Positions 9,413 to 19,588 of a stretch of 64,000 nt of DNA are shown piece by piece. Location: assembly GCA_040289115.1 (NCBI GenBank), contig PSKS01000002.1, forward strand, positions 28,623 to 92,622, given 5' to 3'. This DNA is from Chloroflexota bacterium. GTDB lineage: Bacteria > Chloroflexota > Dehalococcoidia > JAUQQI01. Position 1 is the first letter of the stretch. Each line of letters starts with the position of its first letter. Made by a program: the position numbers and the translations under genes. Under the pieces are notes generated by a model, which saw only the letters and a list, made by a program, of their open reading frames with translations, was not told the DNA's origin and made no database searches.

Positions 9413-9901
9413 ATGCAGACCCAGTGGCGCCGCCCGCCGGTAAAGCTTTACGTCCTGGTCGGCATACCCGGCTCCGGCAAGACGACCTACGCCCGCAGGT
9501 ATCTTTCGGACAAGTGGCGGGTGTGCATGGATGACCTCCGCTTTATGCTGAGCGTTGAGCCCTACGCCGAACCCCTGCAGCCGGTGGTGATAGAGCTGGA
9601 GCATATTATCCTGGAGCGGCTCCTTGCCGGTATCAACTCCCGGTTTAACGACATCGTTGTGGATGCCACCTCGGTGACCCGGGAGCGGCGCCGCCGCTAT
9701 ATCGAGCTGGCCCGTAAGCACGGGGCCCGCCCGGTAGCCATCTTTATTCAGACGCCCTTGGAGGTGGCCCTGGTCCGCAACCGGCAGCGGGCCAACGTCA
9801 TCCCCGAGGCGGTGATCCACCGGATGCACCAGATGCTGGAGCCCCCGACCCGGGAGGAAGGCTTCGAGTACGTCATCACGGTGGTGGATTTCTCCGTCTA
9901 G
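9413..9901 (+). CDS. P-loop NTPase (AAA/polynucleotide-kinase-like small ATP-binding protein)
   Basis: Walker A GIPGSGKTT. The start was moved to the internal ATG at 9413, which has a GGCAGGAG RBS. The longer ORF from 9305 overlaps the upstream convergent gene. Confidence 0.6.
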   Translation: MQTQWRRPPVKLYVLVGIPGSGKTTYARRYLSDKWRVCMDDLRFMLSVEPYAEPLQPVVIELEHIILERLLAGINSRFNDIVVDATSVTRERRRRYIELARKHGARPVAIFIQTPLEVALVRNRQRANVIPEAVIHRMHQMLEPPTREEGFEYVITVVDFSV

Positions 9902-10356
9902 GCCGGGAGCTCGGGCCGGGCCAAGACGCCCCGGCCCAGCCGGCGCCGAAGCTCGGCCGGAAGCTTCACGTAGAGCCCCCGGCCTTCGGCCACCACCTCC
10001 CCGGCCGGGTTGGTGATGCGCCCGGCCAGAAGGTAACCTCGACCGGCGGCCCGCTCCACCCACCCTTCAAGGTTGAGGGTTTCGCCGATGCGGGCCGGCC
10101 GGGCATAACGCACCTCCACCCTGCCGGTGAGCACCCAGTCCCCCCGAAGGTAGGCGGCCCGGCTTATAACCTCGTCCAGGAGGGCGAATAGGATCCCCCC
10201 GTGAACCAGGCCCGGGAAGCCCTGGTGGCCCTCATCGGGCGTAAAATGGGCCCAAACCCGCCCATCCCCGGTGTGGAAGACCACCTTAAGGCCGATGGGA
10301 TTCTCCCAGCCGCAGACGAAGCACATCCGGTAGGCCGGCTGGACCTCAGACCCCAT
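9898..10356 (-). CDS. PaaI/hotdog-fold acyl-CoA thioesterase
   Basis: Hotdog thioesterase hallmarks (CFVCG..NP.GL, HGG). The start was trimmed to the internal Met just downstream of the fabF stop, and the pair is co-oriented. Confidence 0.65.
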   Translation of the reverse strand: MGSEVQPAYRMCFVCGWENPIGLKVVFHTGDGRVWAHFTPDEGHQGFPGLVHGGILFALLDEVISRAAYLRGDWVLTGRVEVRYARPARIGETLNLEGWVERAAGRGYLLAGRITNPAGEVVAEGRGLYVKLPAELRRRLGRGVLARPELPA

Positions 10357-11629
10357 CGAACCGCGTGAAGACCAGGCAGGCGTTCTGACCCCCGAAGCCG
10401 AAGCTGTTGGAGAGGGCGACCCGGACGTTAGCTCGACGGGCCTTGTGGGGCACATAGTCCAGGTCGCACTGGGGGTCGGGATATTCCAGGTTGATGGTGG
10501 GGTGGATGATGCCGTCGGTTATGGTTTTGATGCAGGCGACCGCCTCCAGGGCCCCGGCCCCGCCCAGGGCGTGGCCGACCATCGACTTGGTGGCGCTTAC
10601 GGGAATCGAGTAGGCCCGCTCCCCGAAGACTTTCTTGATGGCTACTGTCTCCGCTACATCCCCCAGGGGAGTGGAAGTGGCGTGGGCGTTTATGTAATCG
10701 ACGTCATCCGGGGTGAGACCGGCATCCGCAAGGGCCGCCCGCATCACCCGGACCTCCCCATCTGCCTCCGGGTCCGGGGCCACCAGGTGGTAGGCGTCGG
10801 CCGAAACCCCGTATCCGGCAATTTCGGCCAGGATCGGCGCATCCCGGCGCAGGGCGTGGTCCAGGGCCTCCACCACCAGCACCGCCGCCCCCTCGGCCGG
10901 CACGAACCCGTCCCGCTTCGCGTCAAAGGGCCGGCTGGCCCGTTCCGGATGCTCGTTCTGGGTGGAAAGGGCCCGCAGGACGGAGAAGGCCGCCAGACCG
11001 AACTCGGAGATACCGGCCTCCGTTCCCCCCGTCACCATGACGTCGGCCGCGCCCCGTCGGATAACCTCCACGGCCTCCCCAATCGCGTGGGTTGAGGCGG
11101 CGCAGGCGGTGACCACGGTGGCATTGTAGCCTTTAAGACCGAAAACGATGCTCACCTGCGAGGCCGCCATGTTGGGCAGGATCAAGGGCACGAAAAGGGG
11201 CGTGATACGCATCCCCCCCCGGGTAAGGAGGACCCGGGCCTCCCGGTCAATAACGTCAAAGGCCCCGTTGCCGTTCCCCAAAAGGACGCCGACCCGGGTC
11301 CGGTCAACCTTTTCCAGGTTCAGGTTGGCGGCCTCAAGGGCCTGTCGGGTGGCGGCCACCGCAAACTGGGTAAACCGGGCCATCCGCTTGACCTCCCGGC
11401 CGTCAATATAGTCTTTTGGGTCGAAGTTCTTCACTTCCCCGGCGATCTGACAGGGGTAGCCGGTGGGGTCGATGAGGGTCATCCGGCCAATGCCCGACTT
11501 GCCGTTAATCAGGCTGGCCCAGAACTCATCGACGGTATTGCCCACGCAGCTTATAACCCCAAGGCCGGTGACCACAACCCGACGGCGCCCCCGGCGGTCC
11601 AGGGTGGAGGTTTTCCGGGACGTAGCCAT
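10346..11629 (-). CDS. fabF: 3-oxoacyl-[acyl-carrier-protein] synthase II
   Basis: KAS II family. The active-site Cys context is ATVVTACAAS, and the His-His (NAHATST..HALGGAG) and C-terminal GFGG motifs are present. The start was placed at the ATG at 11629, which has a GGAG RBS. Confidence 0.85.
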   Translation of the reverse strand: MATSRKTSTLDRRGRRRVVVTGLGVISCVGNTVDEFWASLINGKSGIGRMTLIDPTGYPCQIAGEVKNFDPKDYIDGREVKRMARFTQFAVAATRQALEAANLNLEKVDRTRVGVLLGNGNGAFDVIDREARVLLTRGGMRITPLFVPLILPNMAASQVSIVFGLKGYNATVVTACAASTHAIGEAVEVIRRGAADVMVTGGTEAGISEFGLAAFSVLRALSTQNEHPERASRPFDAKRDGFVPAEGAAVLVVEALDHALRRDAPILAEIAGYGVSADAYHLVAPDPEADGEVRVMRAALADAGLTPDDVDYINAHATSTPLGDVAETVAIKKVFGERAYSIPVSATKSMVGHALGGAGALEAVACIKTITDGIIHPTINLEYPDPQCDLDYVPHKARRANVRVALSNSFGFGGQNACLVFTRFDGV

Positions 11630-11739
11630 AAGATTGCTTACGCTCGGCTCCCTTGCGCCTAAAAAAGCGGCCCCATGGGCCAGATACCGCAAGTCATTAT
11701 AAGTCCCCAAGGGTTTGACAGTCCAGCTTCGGGGCTGGT

Positions 11740-13254
11740 ATGTTCGGGCGGAAGCGGGCCATGGCCAACAGCAGCCCTCACCGGCGGCGACTCCTGGAGC
11801 TATGCGGCGAACTCTTCCGGGACCGCCGCCTCCTTATCGCCAGCAACCGCGGGCCCCTGGAGTTTTATTACGAGAATGGACGCCTCGCCGCCCGGCGGGG
11901 AAGCGGCGGGGTGGTAACTGCCCTGGCCGCCGTCAGCGAGTACGTCCCGGCCTTCTGGGTGGCGGCCGCCCTCTCCGATGCCGACCGGCAGGCAGCCCGG
12001 TCAGGCCTAATCACTCGACCGGACCGGCCCGGCACCCTCAAACTTCTTACCCCGTCCCGGCGGGCCTACGAACTTTACTACGACCGGGTCGCCAATCCCC
12101 TCCTCTGGTTCCTGCAACACTACATGTGGTTCTCGCCCTACACCCCCAACATCGGCGCCACCCTCCACCGGGCCTGGCGCCAGGGTTACCAAGCCGTAAA
12201 CCGCCTCTTTGCCGAGGCGCTGGCGGACCTGGCCGCCGGGTCCCGGGAACCCCCCGTGGTCATGTTCCACGACTACCACTTGTACCTGGCCCCCGGCTGG
12301 TTCCGGGCCCGCTTTCGCCGGGCGATCCTGCACCATTTCATCCATATCCCCTGGCCCGAGCCGGCCTACTGGGCCCTCCTGCCGGCCGAGTTCCGAACCG
12401 AGATCTGCCAGAGCCTCCTGGCCAACGACATCGTCGGGTTCCACACCATCCAAAGCGCCCGCAACTTCCTGGCCACCTGCCAAGCCTTCTTACCCGAGGC
12501 TGAAGTGGACTTCCGGGCCGGAACTGTCTGGTACAATGAGCACCTGACCTGGGTGCGGGCCTACCCCATCTCCATCGACGTTCAGAACCTGCGCCGCCTG
12601 GCGGCTTCCGAAGAGGTCGAAAGATACGTCGCCGAGCTGAAGCCCCTTTTCGCCTCCCCAACGGTGGTTCGAGTCGACCGACTGGAGCTAAGCAAGAACA
12701 TCCTGCGGGGCTTTCAGGCCTTCGAGCTACTACTCCGGCGTCGGCCCGACCTCCACGGTCGGGTGAAGTTTGTGGCCTTCTTAGTCCCCTCCCGCACCAA
12801 AATACCGGCCTACCGGGAGTACGCCGGCAAGGTCTTCCGGCTGGTGGAGCGCCTCAACCGCCGCTACGGTCGGGGCGACTGGCAGCCAGTTCACGTCTTC
12901 TACGAGAACAACTACCCCCGGGCCATCGCCGGCATGGCCCTGGCCGATGTTCTCCTGGTCAACCCAGTGGCCGACGGGATGAACCTGGTGGCCAAGGAGG
13001 GTCCCATCGTCTCCCGCCGGAACCTGGTCCTCATCCTTTCGGAGTCGGCCGGGGCTTACGACCAGCTCAAGACAGCCTGCCTTTCCGTGGCCGCCGCCGA
13101 CGTGGAGGGGACAGCCCGGGCTCTGGAGCAGGCCCTGGGGATGCCCCCCGCCGAGCGGGCCGAGCGGGTCGCCAGGCTACGGGCCATCATCGAGGACCAG
13201 GACCTGACGTGGTGGCTGGTCCGCCAGCTGGAGGATTTGCAGAAGTTGGCCTGA
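11740..13254 (+). CDS. GT20 family alpha,alpha-trehalose-phosphate synthase-like glycosyltransferase (OtsA-like)
   Basis: OtsA-like blocks are present: SNRGP, HDYHL, FIHIPWP and DGMNLVAKE. No otsB phosphatase lies adjacent. Confidence 0.7.
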   Translation: MFGRKRAMANSSPHRRRLLELCGELFRDRRLLIASNRGPLEFYYENGRLAARRGSGGVVTALAAVSEYVPAFWVAAALSDADRQAARSGLITRPDRPGTLKLLTPSRRAYELYYDRVANPLLWFLQHYMWFSPYTPNIGATLHRAWRQGYQAVNRLFAEALADLAAGSREPPVVMFHDYHLYLAPGWFRARFRRAILHHFIHIPWPEPAYWALLPAEFRTEICQSLLANDIVGFHTIQSARNFLATCQAFLPEAEVDFRAGTVWYNEHLTWVRAYPISIDVQNLRRLAASEEVERYVAELKPLFASPTVVRVDRLELSKNILRGFQAFELLLRRRPDLHGRVKFVAFLVPSRTKIPAYREYAGKVFRLVERLNRRYGRGDWQPVHVFYENNYPRAIAGMALADVLLVNPVADGMNLVAKEGPIVSRRNLVLILSESAGAYDQLKTACLSVAAADVEGTARALEQALGMPPAERAERVARLRAIIEDQDLTWWLVRQLEDLQKLA

Positions 13255-13264
13255 AGGACCGGCC

Positions 13265-13705
13265 TTAACGCTTGGTGAACTGCGGGGCGCGGCGGGCCCG
13301 CTTAAGGCCGTACTTCTTGCGCTCTTTGACCCGTGGGTCGCGGGTGAGCAAACCGGCCCGACGGAGGGCGGGACGCAGGTTCTCGTTGAAGGCCACTAGG
13401 GCCCGGGCAATGCCGTGCCGGAGGGCCCCAAGCTGGCTGCTTTTGCCCCCGCCCTCAATCTTGGCCACCACGCTGAATTGGCCCACGGTATCGGTAACCT
13501 TAAAGGGCTCCTGGGCCAAGATGAGCCAGGTTTCGTGCTTGAAGTACTCCCCAATGGGCAGGCCGTTTACGTAGAAGACGGGCTCCCGCCCCATGGTCGG
13601 GTAAAGCTTTACCCGGGCCACCGAAGTCTTGCGCTTGCCGGTGCCGGCGAAGTACGGACCGGTCAGGACGGGCGCCTGCGCCGGCTGAAGGGTCGTCTGC
13701 ACCAT
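13265..13705 (-). CDS. rpsI: 30S ribosomal protein S9
   Basis: C-terminal KYGLKRARRAPQFTKR and the GGGKSSQ core. The ATG overlaps the rplM stop (ATGA). Confidence 0.9.
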   Translation of the reverse strand: MVQTTLQPAQAPVLTGPYFAGTGKRKTSVARVKLYPTMGREPVFYVNGLPIGEYFKHETWLILAQEPFKVTDTVGQFSVVAKIEGGGKSSQLGALRHGIARALVAFNENLRPALRRAGLLTRDPRVKERKKYGLKRARRAPQFTKR

Positions 13706-14145
13706 CAGTTACTACCTCCCTTGGCAGCCTGGCCGGCAACCTGGGCCTGGTGGGGGTGTTCCGGCCCGGCGTAAACCTTAAGTTTGCGGATAAGCTTATC
13801 CCCAAGCCGGTTCTTGGGCAGCATTCCCCGGACGGCATGCTCGATGACCCGGGTGGGATGCCGCTGAAGCATTTCCCGCAAGGTCATCAGCCGCAGGCCG
13901 CCCAGGTAGCCCGAATGGCGCCAGTAGATTTTCTTATCGAGCTTTTTACCCGTAACCTGGACCTTCTCGGCGTTAACGACGATGACGAAGTCGCCCGTAT
14001 CCAGGTGGGGCTCAAAGGTCGGCTTATGCTTGCCCCGTAAGAGCCGGGCCACCTCGCTGGCCAGCCGGCCCAGGGTCTTGCCGGAGGCGTCAATGACGTG
14101 CCAGCGGCGTTCGATTTCGGTCGGTTTGAACCGGTAAGTTTTCAT
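13705..14145 (-). CDS. rplM: 50S ribosomal protein L13
   Basis: [22 protein letters not shown] matches the canonical L13 N-terminus. Confidence 0.92.
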   Translation of the reverse strand: MKTYRFKPTEIERRWHVIDASGKTLGRLASEVARLLRGKHKPTFEPHLDTGDFVIVVNAEKVQVTGKKLDKKIYWRHSGYLGGLRLMTLREMLQRHPTRVIEHAVRGMLPKNRLGDKLIRKLKVYAGPEHPHQAQVAGQAAKGGSN

Positions 14146-14893
14146 CGTATTCCTCCACCCACTTTGGGTAGGTTACACCCATCAAATAAAGGCCGCAACC
14201 CGGTACCGCCGGTCCGGCCTGACCCTGCCCGGCCAAAACCGCCTCAAATTCGGCCGGCCCAAGCCGACCCTGACCGAGCCGGAGCAGGGTTCCCACCATC
14301 ATTCGGACCTGGTGGGGCAAAAAGGCGTCGGCCTCGAAGTCAAACTTTATTAAGCCCCCCTCGGCCCAAACGGCGGCCCGAAGGAGGGTTCGCACCGTAC
14401 TCATCCGGCCGACGGCCCCCGGCGAAAAGGGCCCGAAATCCCGCCGGCCCACCAGCCGCCCCGCCCCCCAACTCATCAGGCCCAAATCCAGGTTCCCCGG
14501 TTCGTGGTAAGCGAACCGGCGCCAGAGGGCCGAACGGCAGGGCCGATTAAGCACCAGGTAACGGTAGTGCCGGGAAAGGGCCACCCTCCGGGCGTTGAAA
14601 CCCTCGGGCACCCGCCGAGCCGCTAGGACGGCGATGTCCGGCGGTAGGTAGTAATTTAGGGCCGCCACCAGCCTATCGGGCGGGAACTCCCGGTCAGCCC
14701 GGAAACTTACGGCCTGGCCCCGGGCATGCACCCCGGCATCCGTCCGGCCGGCCCCGACCGTCTTTACAGGGGTCCCGAAAAGCCGAGCCAGGGCGGCCTC
14801 CAACTCGGCTTGGACGGTGCGGCCCCGGGCCTGCCGCTGGAATCCCGAAAAGTCGGTTCCGTCGTATTCGATTGTTAAAAGCCAGGCCGGCAC
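14090..14893 (-). CDS. truA: tRNA pseudouridine(38-40) synthase TruA
   Basis: N-terminal [16 protein letters not shown] is followed by the GRTDAGVHA catalytic Asp motif. The 3' end overlaps rplM by 56 nt. Confidence 0.9.
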   Translation of the reverse strand: MPAWLLTIEYDGTDFSGFQRQARGRTVQAELEAALARLFGTPVKTVGAGRTDAGVHARGQAVSFRADREFPPDRLVAALNYYLPPDIAVLAARRVPEGFNARRVALSRHYRYLVLNRPCRSALWRRFAYHEPGNLDLGLMSWGAGRLVGRRDFGPFSPGAVGRMSTVRTLLRAAVWAEGGLIKFDFEADAFLPHQVRMMVGTLLRLGQGRLGPAEFEAVLAGQGQAGPAVPGCGLYLMGVTYPKWVEEYDENLPVQTDRNRTPLARH

Positions 14894-14896
14894 GAA

Positions 14897-15247
14897 TCAG
14901 ACCAACTCGAGCCGGGCGATCCTAGCCCCATCGCCCTTGCGAAAGCCCAGCTTGATAAGCCGGGTGTAGCCGCCGTTGCGTTCGGCGTAGCGCTTGGCCA
15001 GAACGTCGAAGACCTTCTGGGCCACCCGCTCATCGGTGAGAAAGGCGATGGCCTGACGGCGGGCGGCCAGGTTGCCCTCTTTCCCCAGGGTGATGACCCT
15101 CTCGGCCAGCCGCCGCACCGCCCGGGCCTTGGCCTCGGTCGTCTCGACCTTTTCGTACCGGAGCAGGTCCGTCACCAGATTCCGAAGCATCAGCATCCGG
15201 TGCTCCGTGGGCCGGTTGAACTTTTTGCTCTCAACCCGGTGCCTCAT
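14897..15247 (-). CDS. rplQ: 50S ribosomal protein L17
   Basis: MRHRVESKKFNRPTEHRMLMLRNL is the L17 signature. Confidence 0.92.
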   Translation of the reverse strand: MRHRVESKKFNRPTEHRMLMLRNLVTDLLRYEKVETTEAKARAVRRLAERVITLGKEGNLAARRQAIAFLTDERVAQKVFDVLAKRYAERNGGYTRLIKLGFRKGDGARIARLELV

Positions 15248-16251
15248 CCTTCTTCCTCCTCCGGCTCCTCCGGGTAGGCCGTGTAGGTAAGCGGGACCTG
15301 GCTGGCGGCCTCACCCCCGTCGGGCAGGTAGCCCCGTTCCCGGAGGCGCTGGCGCAGCTCTTCCAGCGATTTGCGGCCGAAGTTTCGGATGGCCAGAAGC
15401 TCGTCGTCGCTGCGCTCCGCCGCCTCCCCCACCTTGGTAATATTGGCCCGCTTCAGGGCGTTGTAGGTCCGGAGGGAGAGGTTGAGCTCCTCGATGGGCA
15501 GGTCGTAGATGTGGGGCGGCAACACCCTGGCCGTCGGCTTCGCCTCGGTGGTCCGGACCACAGCTCGGCCCACGCCCTTAAACCGGGCAAAATGCCGCTC
15601 CAGGATCTCGGCAGCGTAGGCCACGGCGTCCTGGGGTGTGATGGTACCGTCGGTCCAGACTTCCAGGACCAGCCGCTCGTAGTTGGTGATCTGCCCGACC
15701 CGCACGTTCTCCACCGTGAAGTTTACCTTGCGGATGGGCGAGAAGATAGCATCGACGGGGATGACCCCGATCACCCCCTGACCATCCGACTGGGCCGGCC
15801 GGTAACCCCGACCGACCTCGACGGTGAACTCGGCGGTGAGCCGGGCATCGGGGGAATCCAGGGTGGCCAGGTGCAGCTCGGGGTTGACAATTTCGAAGTC
15901 GCCGAAAACCTTCAGGTCGGCGGCCGTTACCCGGCCCTCGCCCTGGGCCTCGAGGAGCAGCCGACCCGGCCGGTCCGAGAGGGCCCGCAGCCGGATCTGT
16001 TTGACGTTGAGGATAAACTCCATCATATCCTCTTTCACGTGGGGTATGGCCGCAAACTCGTGTTGCACCTGGTCGACCCGCACCGAGGTTACGGCCGCCC
16101 CGGGCAGTGAGCTAAGCAACACCCGGCGCAGGGCGTTGCCGAGGGTGACCCCGTAGCCGCGCTCTAATGGCTCGGCGGCAAATTTCCCGTAGTTTCCTTC
16201 GATTTCAACCACCCGGATTTGGGGTTCGGTGATCTCGACCTGCAAGTCCAT
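15244..16251 (-). CDS. rpoA: DNA-directed RNA polymerase subunit alpha
   Basis: The N-terminal domain matches RpoA (EIEGNYGKF..PLERGYGVTLGNALRRVLLSS) and the alpha-CTD is present. The start was set to the ATG at 16251, preceded by GGGAGGGGA. Confidence 0.9.
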   Translation of the reverse strand: MDLQVEITEPQIRVVEIEGNYGKFAAEPLERGYGVTLGNALRRVLLSSLPGAAVTSVRVDQVQHEFAAIPHVKEDMMEFILNVKQIRLRALSDRPGRLLLEAQGEGRVTAADLKVFGDFEIVNPELHLATLDSPDARLTAEFTVEVGRGYRPAQSDGQGVIGVIPVDAIFSPIRKVNFTVENVRVGQITNYERLVLEVWTDGTITPQDAVAYAAEILERHFARFKGVGRAVVRTTEAKPTARVLPPHIYDLPIEELNLSLRTYNALKRANITKVGEAAERSDDELLAIRNFGRKSLEELRQRLRERGYLPDGGEAASQVPLTYTAYPEEPEEEEG

Positions 16252-16263
16252 CCCCTCCCATTG

Positions 16264-16283
16264 CCGGGCCCATAAGGGCCCGG
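16264..16283 (-). promoter_or_regulatory. perfect 8-bp stem / 4-nt loop hairpin (CCGGGCCC-ATAA-GGGCCCGG) between rpsD stop and rpoA RBS
   Basis: Read directly from the sequence. It has no U tract, so it is more likely an mRNA processing or stability element than a terminator. Confidence 0.4.
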
Positions 16284-16288
16284 TAAAA

Positions 16289-16915
16289 CTATCTCGAGTA
16301 GTACTCAACGATTAAGGCCTCGTTAACCCTGGTATCGATCTCCGCCCGGCTGGGCAGGTAGAGGACCCGGCCCGTCAGGTTCTCCGGGTCCAGGCTGAGC
16401 CAATTGGGCGGGGTGTAAGTTTTAAGATATTCCCGCCGCTGCTGGAAGTAGTCCAAATCCCGGCTCGAGTTCACCACACTTATTACGTCACCGGGCTCCA
16501 CCAGGGTCGACGGCACATTGTTGCGCCGGCCGTTAAGGGCAAAGTGGCCGTGGGTTACCAGCTGACGAGCCTGCCGGCGGGAGTCGGCAAACCCCAGCCG
16601 GTAGACCACGTTATCCAGCCGCCGCTCCAGAAGCTGCAGGAGGTTTTCACCGGTAACCCCTGGCATCCGCTCCGCCTCCTCAAAGAAGCGGCGGAACTGC
16701 TCCTCCATCAGGCCATAGGTAAACCTGGCCTTCTGCTTCTCTCGCAGCCGAATACCGTACTCTGAAAGCTTACGCCGCCGCATGCCGTGCTGGCCCGGAG
16801 CGTAGCGGCGGCGCTCCAGGGGGCACTTGGGTGTGAGGCACTTTTCGCCCTTAAGGTAGAGCTTTTCACCCGCCCGGCGGCAGATGCGGCAGACCGGTCC
16901 GGTGTATCGTCCCAT
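16289..16915 (-). CDS. rpsD: 30S ribosomal protein S4 (zinc-finger type)
   Basis: The N-terminus is [24 protein letters not shown] (Cys4). The S4 core and S4 RNA-binding domain follow. Confidence 0.92.
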   Translation of the reverse strand: MGRYTGPVCRICRRAGEKLYLKGEKCLTPKCPLERRRYAPGQHGMRRRKLSEYGIRLREKQKARFTYGLMEEQFRRFFEEAERMPGVTGENLLQLLERRLDNVVYRLGFADSRRQARQLVTHGHFALNGRRNNVPSTLVEPGDVISVVNSSRDLDYFQQRREYLKTYTPPNWLSLDPENLTGRVLYLPSRAEIDTRVNEALIVEYYSR

Positions 16916-16935
16916 CGCTAAAAGACCTCCAAAGC

Positions 16936-17343
16936 TCAGACCCGGCGACGCTTTGGCGGCCGGCAGCCGTTGTGGGGAATCGGGGTCACGTCCACGATGC
17001 TGGTTATATGCAGGCCGCTGGCCTGGAGCGCGCGGATGGCCGCCTCCCGACCGCTGCCGGGTCCCTTGACGAAAACGTCCACCTGCCGGACGCCGTACTC
17101 CTGGGCCTTGCGGGCGGCATACTCGGCCGCCAGCTGGGCGGCGTAAGGCGTCCCCTTCCGGGCACCCTTAAACCCGGCCGTGCCCGCGCTACCCCAGCAG
17201 AGCACATTGCCGTTTGGGTCCGTAATGGTAACAATGGTGTTGTTAAAAGTAGACTGGATATAGGCCCGGCCGTGCGGGACAACCCGCCGCTCCCGCCGAG
17301 CCCTACCCCGTTGGCGCCTTCTTTCAGCCATGGTTTTAACCAC
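16936..17343 (-). CDS. rpsK: 30S ribosomal protein S11
   Basis: [35 protein letters not shown] is the canonical S11 sequence. Confidence 0.92.
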   Translation of the reverse strand: MVKTMAERRRQRGRARRERRVVPHGRAYIQSTFNNTIVTITDPNGNVLCWGSAGTAGFKGARKGTPYAAQLAAEYAARKAQEYGVRQVDVFVKGPGSGREAAIRALQASGLHITSIVDVTPIPHNGCRPPKRRRV

Positions 17344-17352
17344 CTCTCAAGA

Positions 17353-17739
17353 TTACTTCCTGGGTCCGCGCCGCCGACCCCGACCGGCTACCGTCTTCCG
17401 GGGCCCTTTCCGGGTCCGGGCATTGGTCCGGGTTCGCTGGCCCCGAACCGGCAGATTGCGTCGGTGGCGAAGGCCCCGGTAGCAGCCGATCTCGATCAGC
17501 CGACGAATATTCATATTAACTTCCCGGCGCAGGTCGCCTTCGACCTTGTAATTGCGCTCAATCGCGTCCCGCAGCCGGGTAATTTCGTCCTCTGTAAGGT
17601 CCTTAACCCGGGTATCGGGATTAACACCAGTGTCAGAGAGGATCTTTTTACTTAATGACGGACCGATACCGTAGATATACGTTAAAGCAACTTCAACCCG
17701 CTTATTTCGCGGCAGGTCTACGCCAGCAATACGGGCCAT
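17353..17739 (-). CDS. rpsM: 30S ribosomal protein S13
   Basis: [26 protein letters not shown] is the canonical S13 N-terminus. Confidence 0.92.
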   Translation of the reverse strand: MARIAGVDLPRNKRVEVALTYIYGIGPSLSKKILSDTGVNPDTRVKDLTEDEITRLRDAIERNYKVEGDLRREVNMNIRRLIEIGCYRGLRHRRNLPVRGQRTRTNARTRKGPRKTVAGRGRRRGPRK

Positions 17740-17749
17740 CGCAGTCTCC

Positions 17750-17863
17750 TTACCCCTGTCGCTGCTTGTGCTTCGGGTTCTTGCAGATCACCCGCACTAT
17801 TCCGTGGCGCCGGATGATCTTGCAGTTTTCACACCTTCGCTTTACGGAAGCCTGAACTTTCAT
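17750..17863 (-). CDS. rpmJ: 50S ribosomal protein L36
   Basis: Not in the ORF track. Manual minus-strand translation gives [37 protein letters not shown], the Cys3His zinc-ribbon L36. It sits between infA and rpsM as expected. Confidence 0.9.
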   Translation of the reverse strand: MKVQASVKRRCENCKIIRRHGIVRVICKNPKHKQRQG

Positions 17864-17897
17864 ACCAAATCACCCTCCGTGGAGCCTCAGGCGCGGC

Positions 17898-18116
17898 TTA
17901 CCTGAGCCGGTAAGTTATCCGGCCCCGGGTAAGGTCGTAGGGCGAAAGCTCCACCAGAACCCGGTCGCCCGGGGCGATCCGGATAAAGTGCATCCGCATC
18001 TTTCCAGAGGCGTGGGCCAGCACCTGGTGCCCGTTCGCCAGCTCCACCCGGAACATCGCGTTGGGCAGGGCTTCTACCACCACGCCTTCGACCTCGATTT
18101 TCTCTTTCTTAGCCAT
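17898..18116 (-). CDS. infA: translation initiation factor IF-1
   Basis: [31 protein letters not shown] is the S1-like IF-1 fold. The start was placed at the internal Met after the map stop. Confidence 0.9.
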   Translation of the reverse strand: MAKKEKIEVEGVVVEALPNAMFRVELANGHQVLAHASGKMRMHFIRIAPGDRVLVELSPYDLTRGRITYRLR

Positions 18117-18120
18117 AACC

Positions 18121-18885
18121 TTAAAAGCCGCCACCGTCGAGGGTGGTGAGGATTTCGGCTTCGCCGTTGGTTATGGCAATGGTGTGCTCGGCGTGGGCCG
18201 CCAGGGTCCCGTCGGCGGTAACCACGGTCCACCCGTCAGCCAGCACCCGGGTTCGCCAGTCACCCACCACCAGCATCGGCTCGATGGCCAGCACCATCCC
18301 CTTGCGCAGGACGATCCCGGTCCCGGGCCGGCCATAGTTAGGCACCGGCGGCTCCTCGTGCATCTCCCGGCCGATGCCATGGCCGACGTACTCCCGTACC
18401 ACCGAGTAGCCGCGGCTTTCGGCGTAGGACTGGATCGCCCACGAAATGTCCCCAAGCCGCGCCCCGGCCTTCGCTGCCCGGATGCCGGCCAGGAGGGCCC
18501 CTTCGGTGGTCCGGATAAGCCGCTCGGCCTCGGGGCTGACCTTGCCCACGCCCACCGTCACGGCCGCGTCGGCCTGGTAGCCTTTATAAATAACCCCGAG
18601 GTCGATGCTGACGATATCCCCCTCCTCCAGGACCCGGCGTCCCGGAATACCGTGCACAATCTCTTCGTTCACCGACACGCAGACGGCCGCAGGGAAGCCT
18701 CGGTAGCCCAGAAACGACGGGTATACGCCCCGGCGGTCAAACTCCTCGCGGACGAACCGGTCAATCTCGGCCGTGTTCATGCCCGGCCGGATCCGTTCAA
18801 CCAGTTTCTGGAGAACCTCGGCTAGGATGCGGCCGCCCTGTCGGATCAGCCCGATTTCCCGATCCGATTTCAGGACAACGGCCAT
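18121..18885 (-). CDS. map: type I methionine aminopeptidase
   Basis: The pita-bread fold metal ligands (D..D..H..E..E pattern) and length match bacterial MetAP. Confidence 0.88.
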   Translation of the reverse strand: MAVVLKSDREIGLIRQGGRILAEVLQKLVERIRPGMNTAEIDRFVREEFDRRGVYPSFLGYRGFPAAVCVSVNEEIVHGIPGRRVLEEGDIVSIDLGVIYKGYQADAAVTVGVGKVSPEAERLIRTTEGALLAGIRAAKAGARLGDISWAIQSYAESRGYSVVREYVGHGIGREMHEEPPVPNYGRPGTGIVLRKGMVLAIEPMLVVGDWRTRVLADGWTVVTADGTLAAHAEHTIAITNGEAEILTTLDGGGF

Positions 18886-18922
18886 GCCAACTATTATTAT
18901 ACCCTGCCGTCCTCGGTCCCGG

Positions 18923-19588
18923 CTATCCGGCCAGCACCCGGTCCGCCGCGGCCTCCAGCTCCCGAAAGACCGCTTCGATGGGCTGCTCGCCGTTCACTTC
19001 CACCACAAGGCCCCGGGCCCGGTAGTATTCTAAAACGGGCATGGTCTGCTCCCAGAAGACCTCAAAACGACGGCGCAAGGTCTCAGGACTCTCGTCCGCC
19101 CGCTGGTAAAGCTCCCCTCCGCAGACGTCGCACCGACCAGGCACCCGGGGCGGGTTGGTTTCCAGGTTGTAGGTCGCCTGGCAGTTGCGGCAGACCCACC
19201 GGCCCTGAACCCGGCGCTGAGCTTCGGCTTCAGAGATGTGGATGTAAAACACCAGGTCGATGCTCGAGCCCTGCTCGGCCAGGGCCCGTTCCAGGGCTTC
19301 GGCCTGGGGGATGGTTCGGGGGAAGCCGTCCAGAATCGCCCCCCGTTGGGCGTCCGGCCGGCTCAGCCGCTCCAGGACCATTTTGACCGTGACGTCATCT
19401 GGCACGTAGAGGCCCCGGTCCATATACCCTTTAGCGACGCGACCAAGTTCGGTGCCCGCCTCAACGTGCTGGCGAAAGATGTCCCCCGAGGCGATGTAGG
19501 CCAGCCCCAGCTTCGCCGCCAGCCGCCGGCCCTGAGTCCCCTTCCCGGCACCGGGGGGGCCAAAGATGATGATATACCTGGGCCTCAT
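18923..19588 (-). CDS. adk: adenylate kinase (Cys4 zinc lid type)
   Basis: P-loop [10 protein letters not shown]. The LID domain has CRNC...CDVC. Confidence 0.92.
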   Translation of the reverse strand: MRPRYIIIFGPPGAGKGTQGRRLAAKLGLAYIASGDIFRQHVEAGTELGRVAKGYMDRGLYVPDDVTVKMVLERLSRPDAQRGAILDGFPRTIPQAEALERALAEQGSSIDLVFYIHISEAEAQRRVQGRWVCRNCQATYNLETNPPRVPGRCDVCGGELYQRADESPETLRRRFEVFWEQTMPVLEYYRARGLVVEVNGEQPIEAVFRELEAAADRVLAG

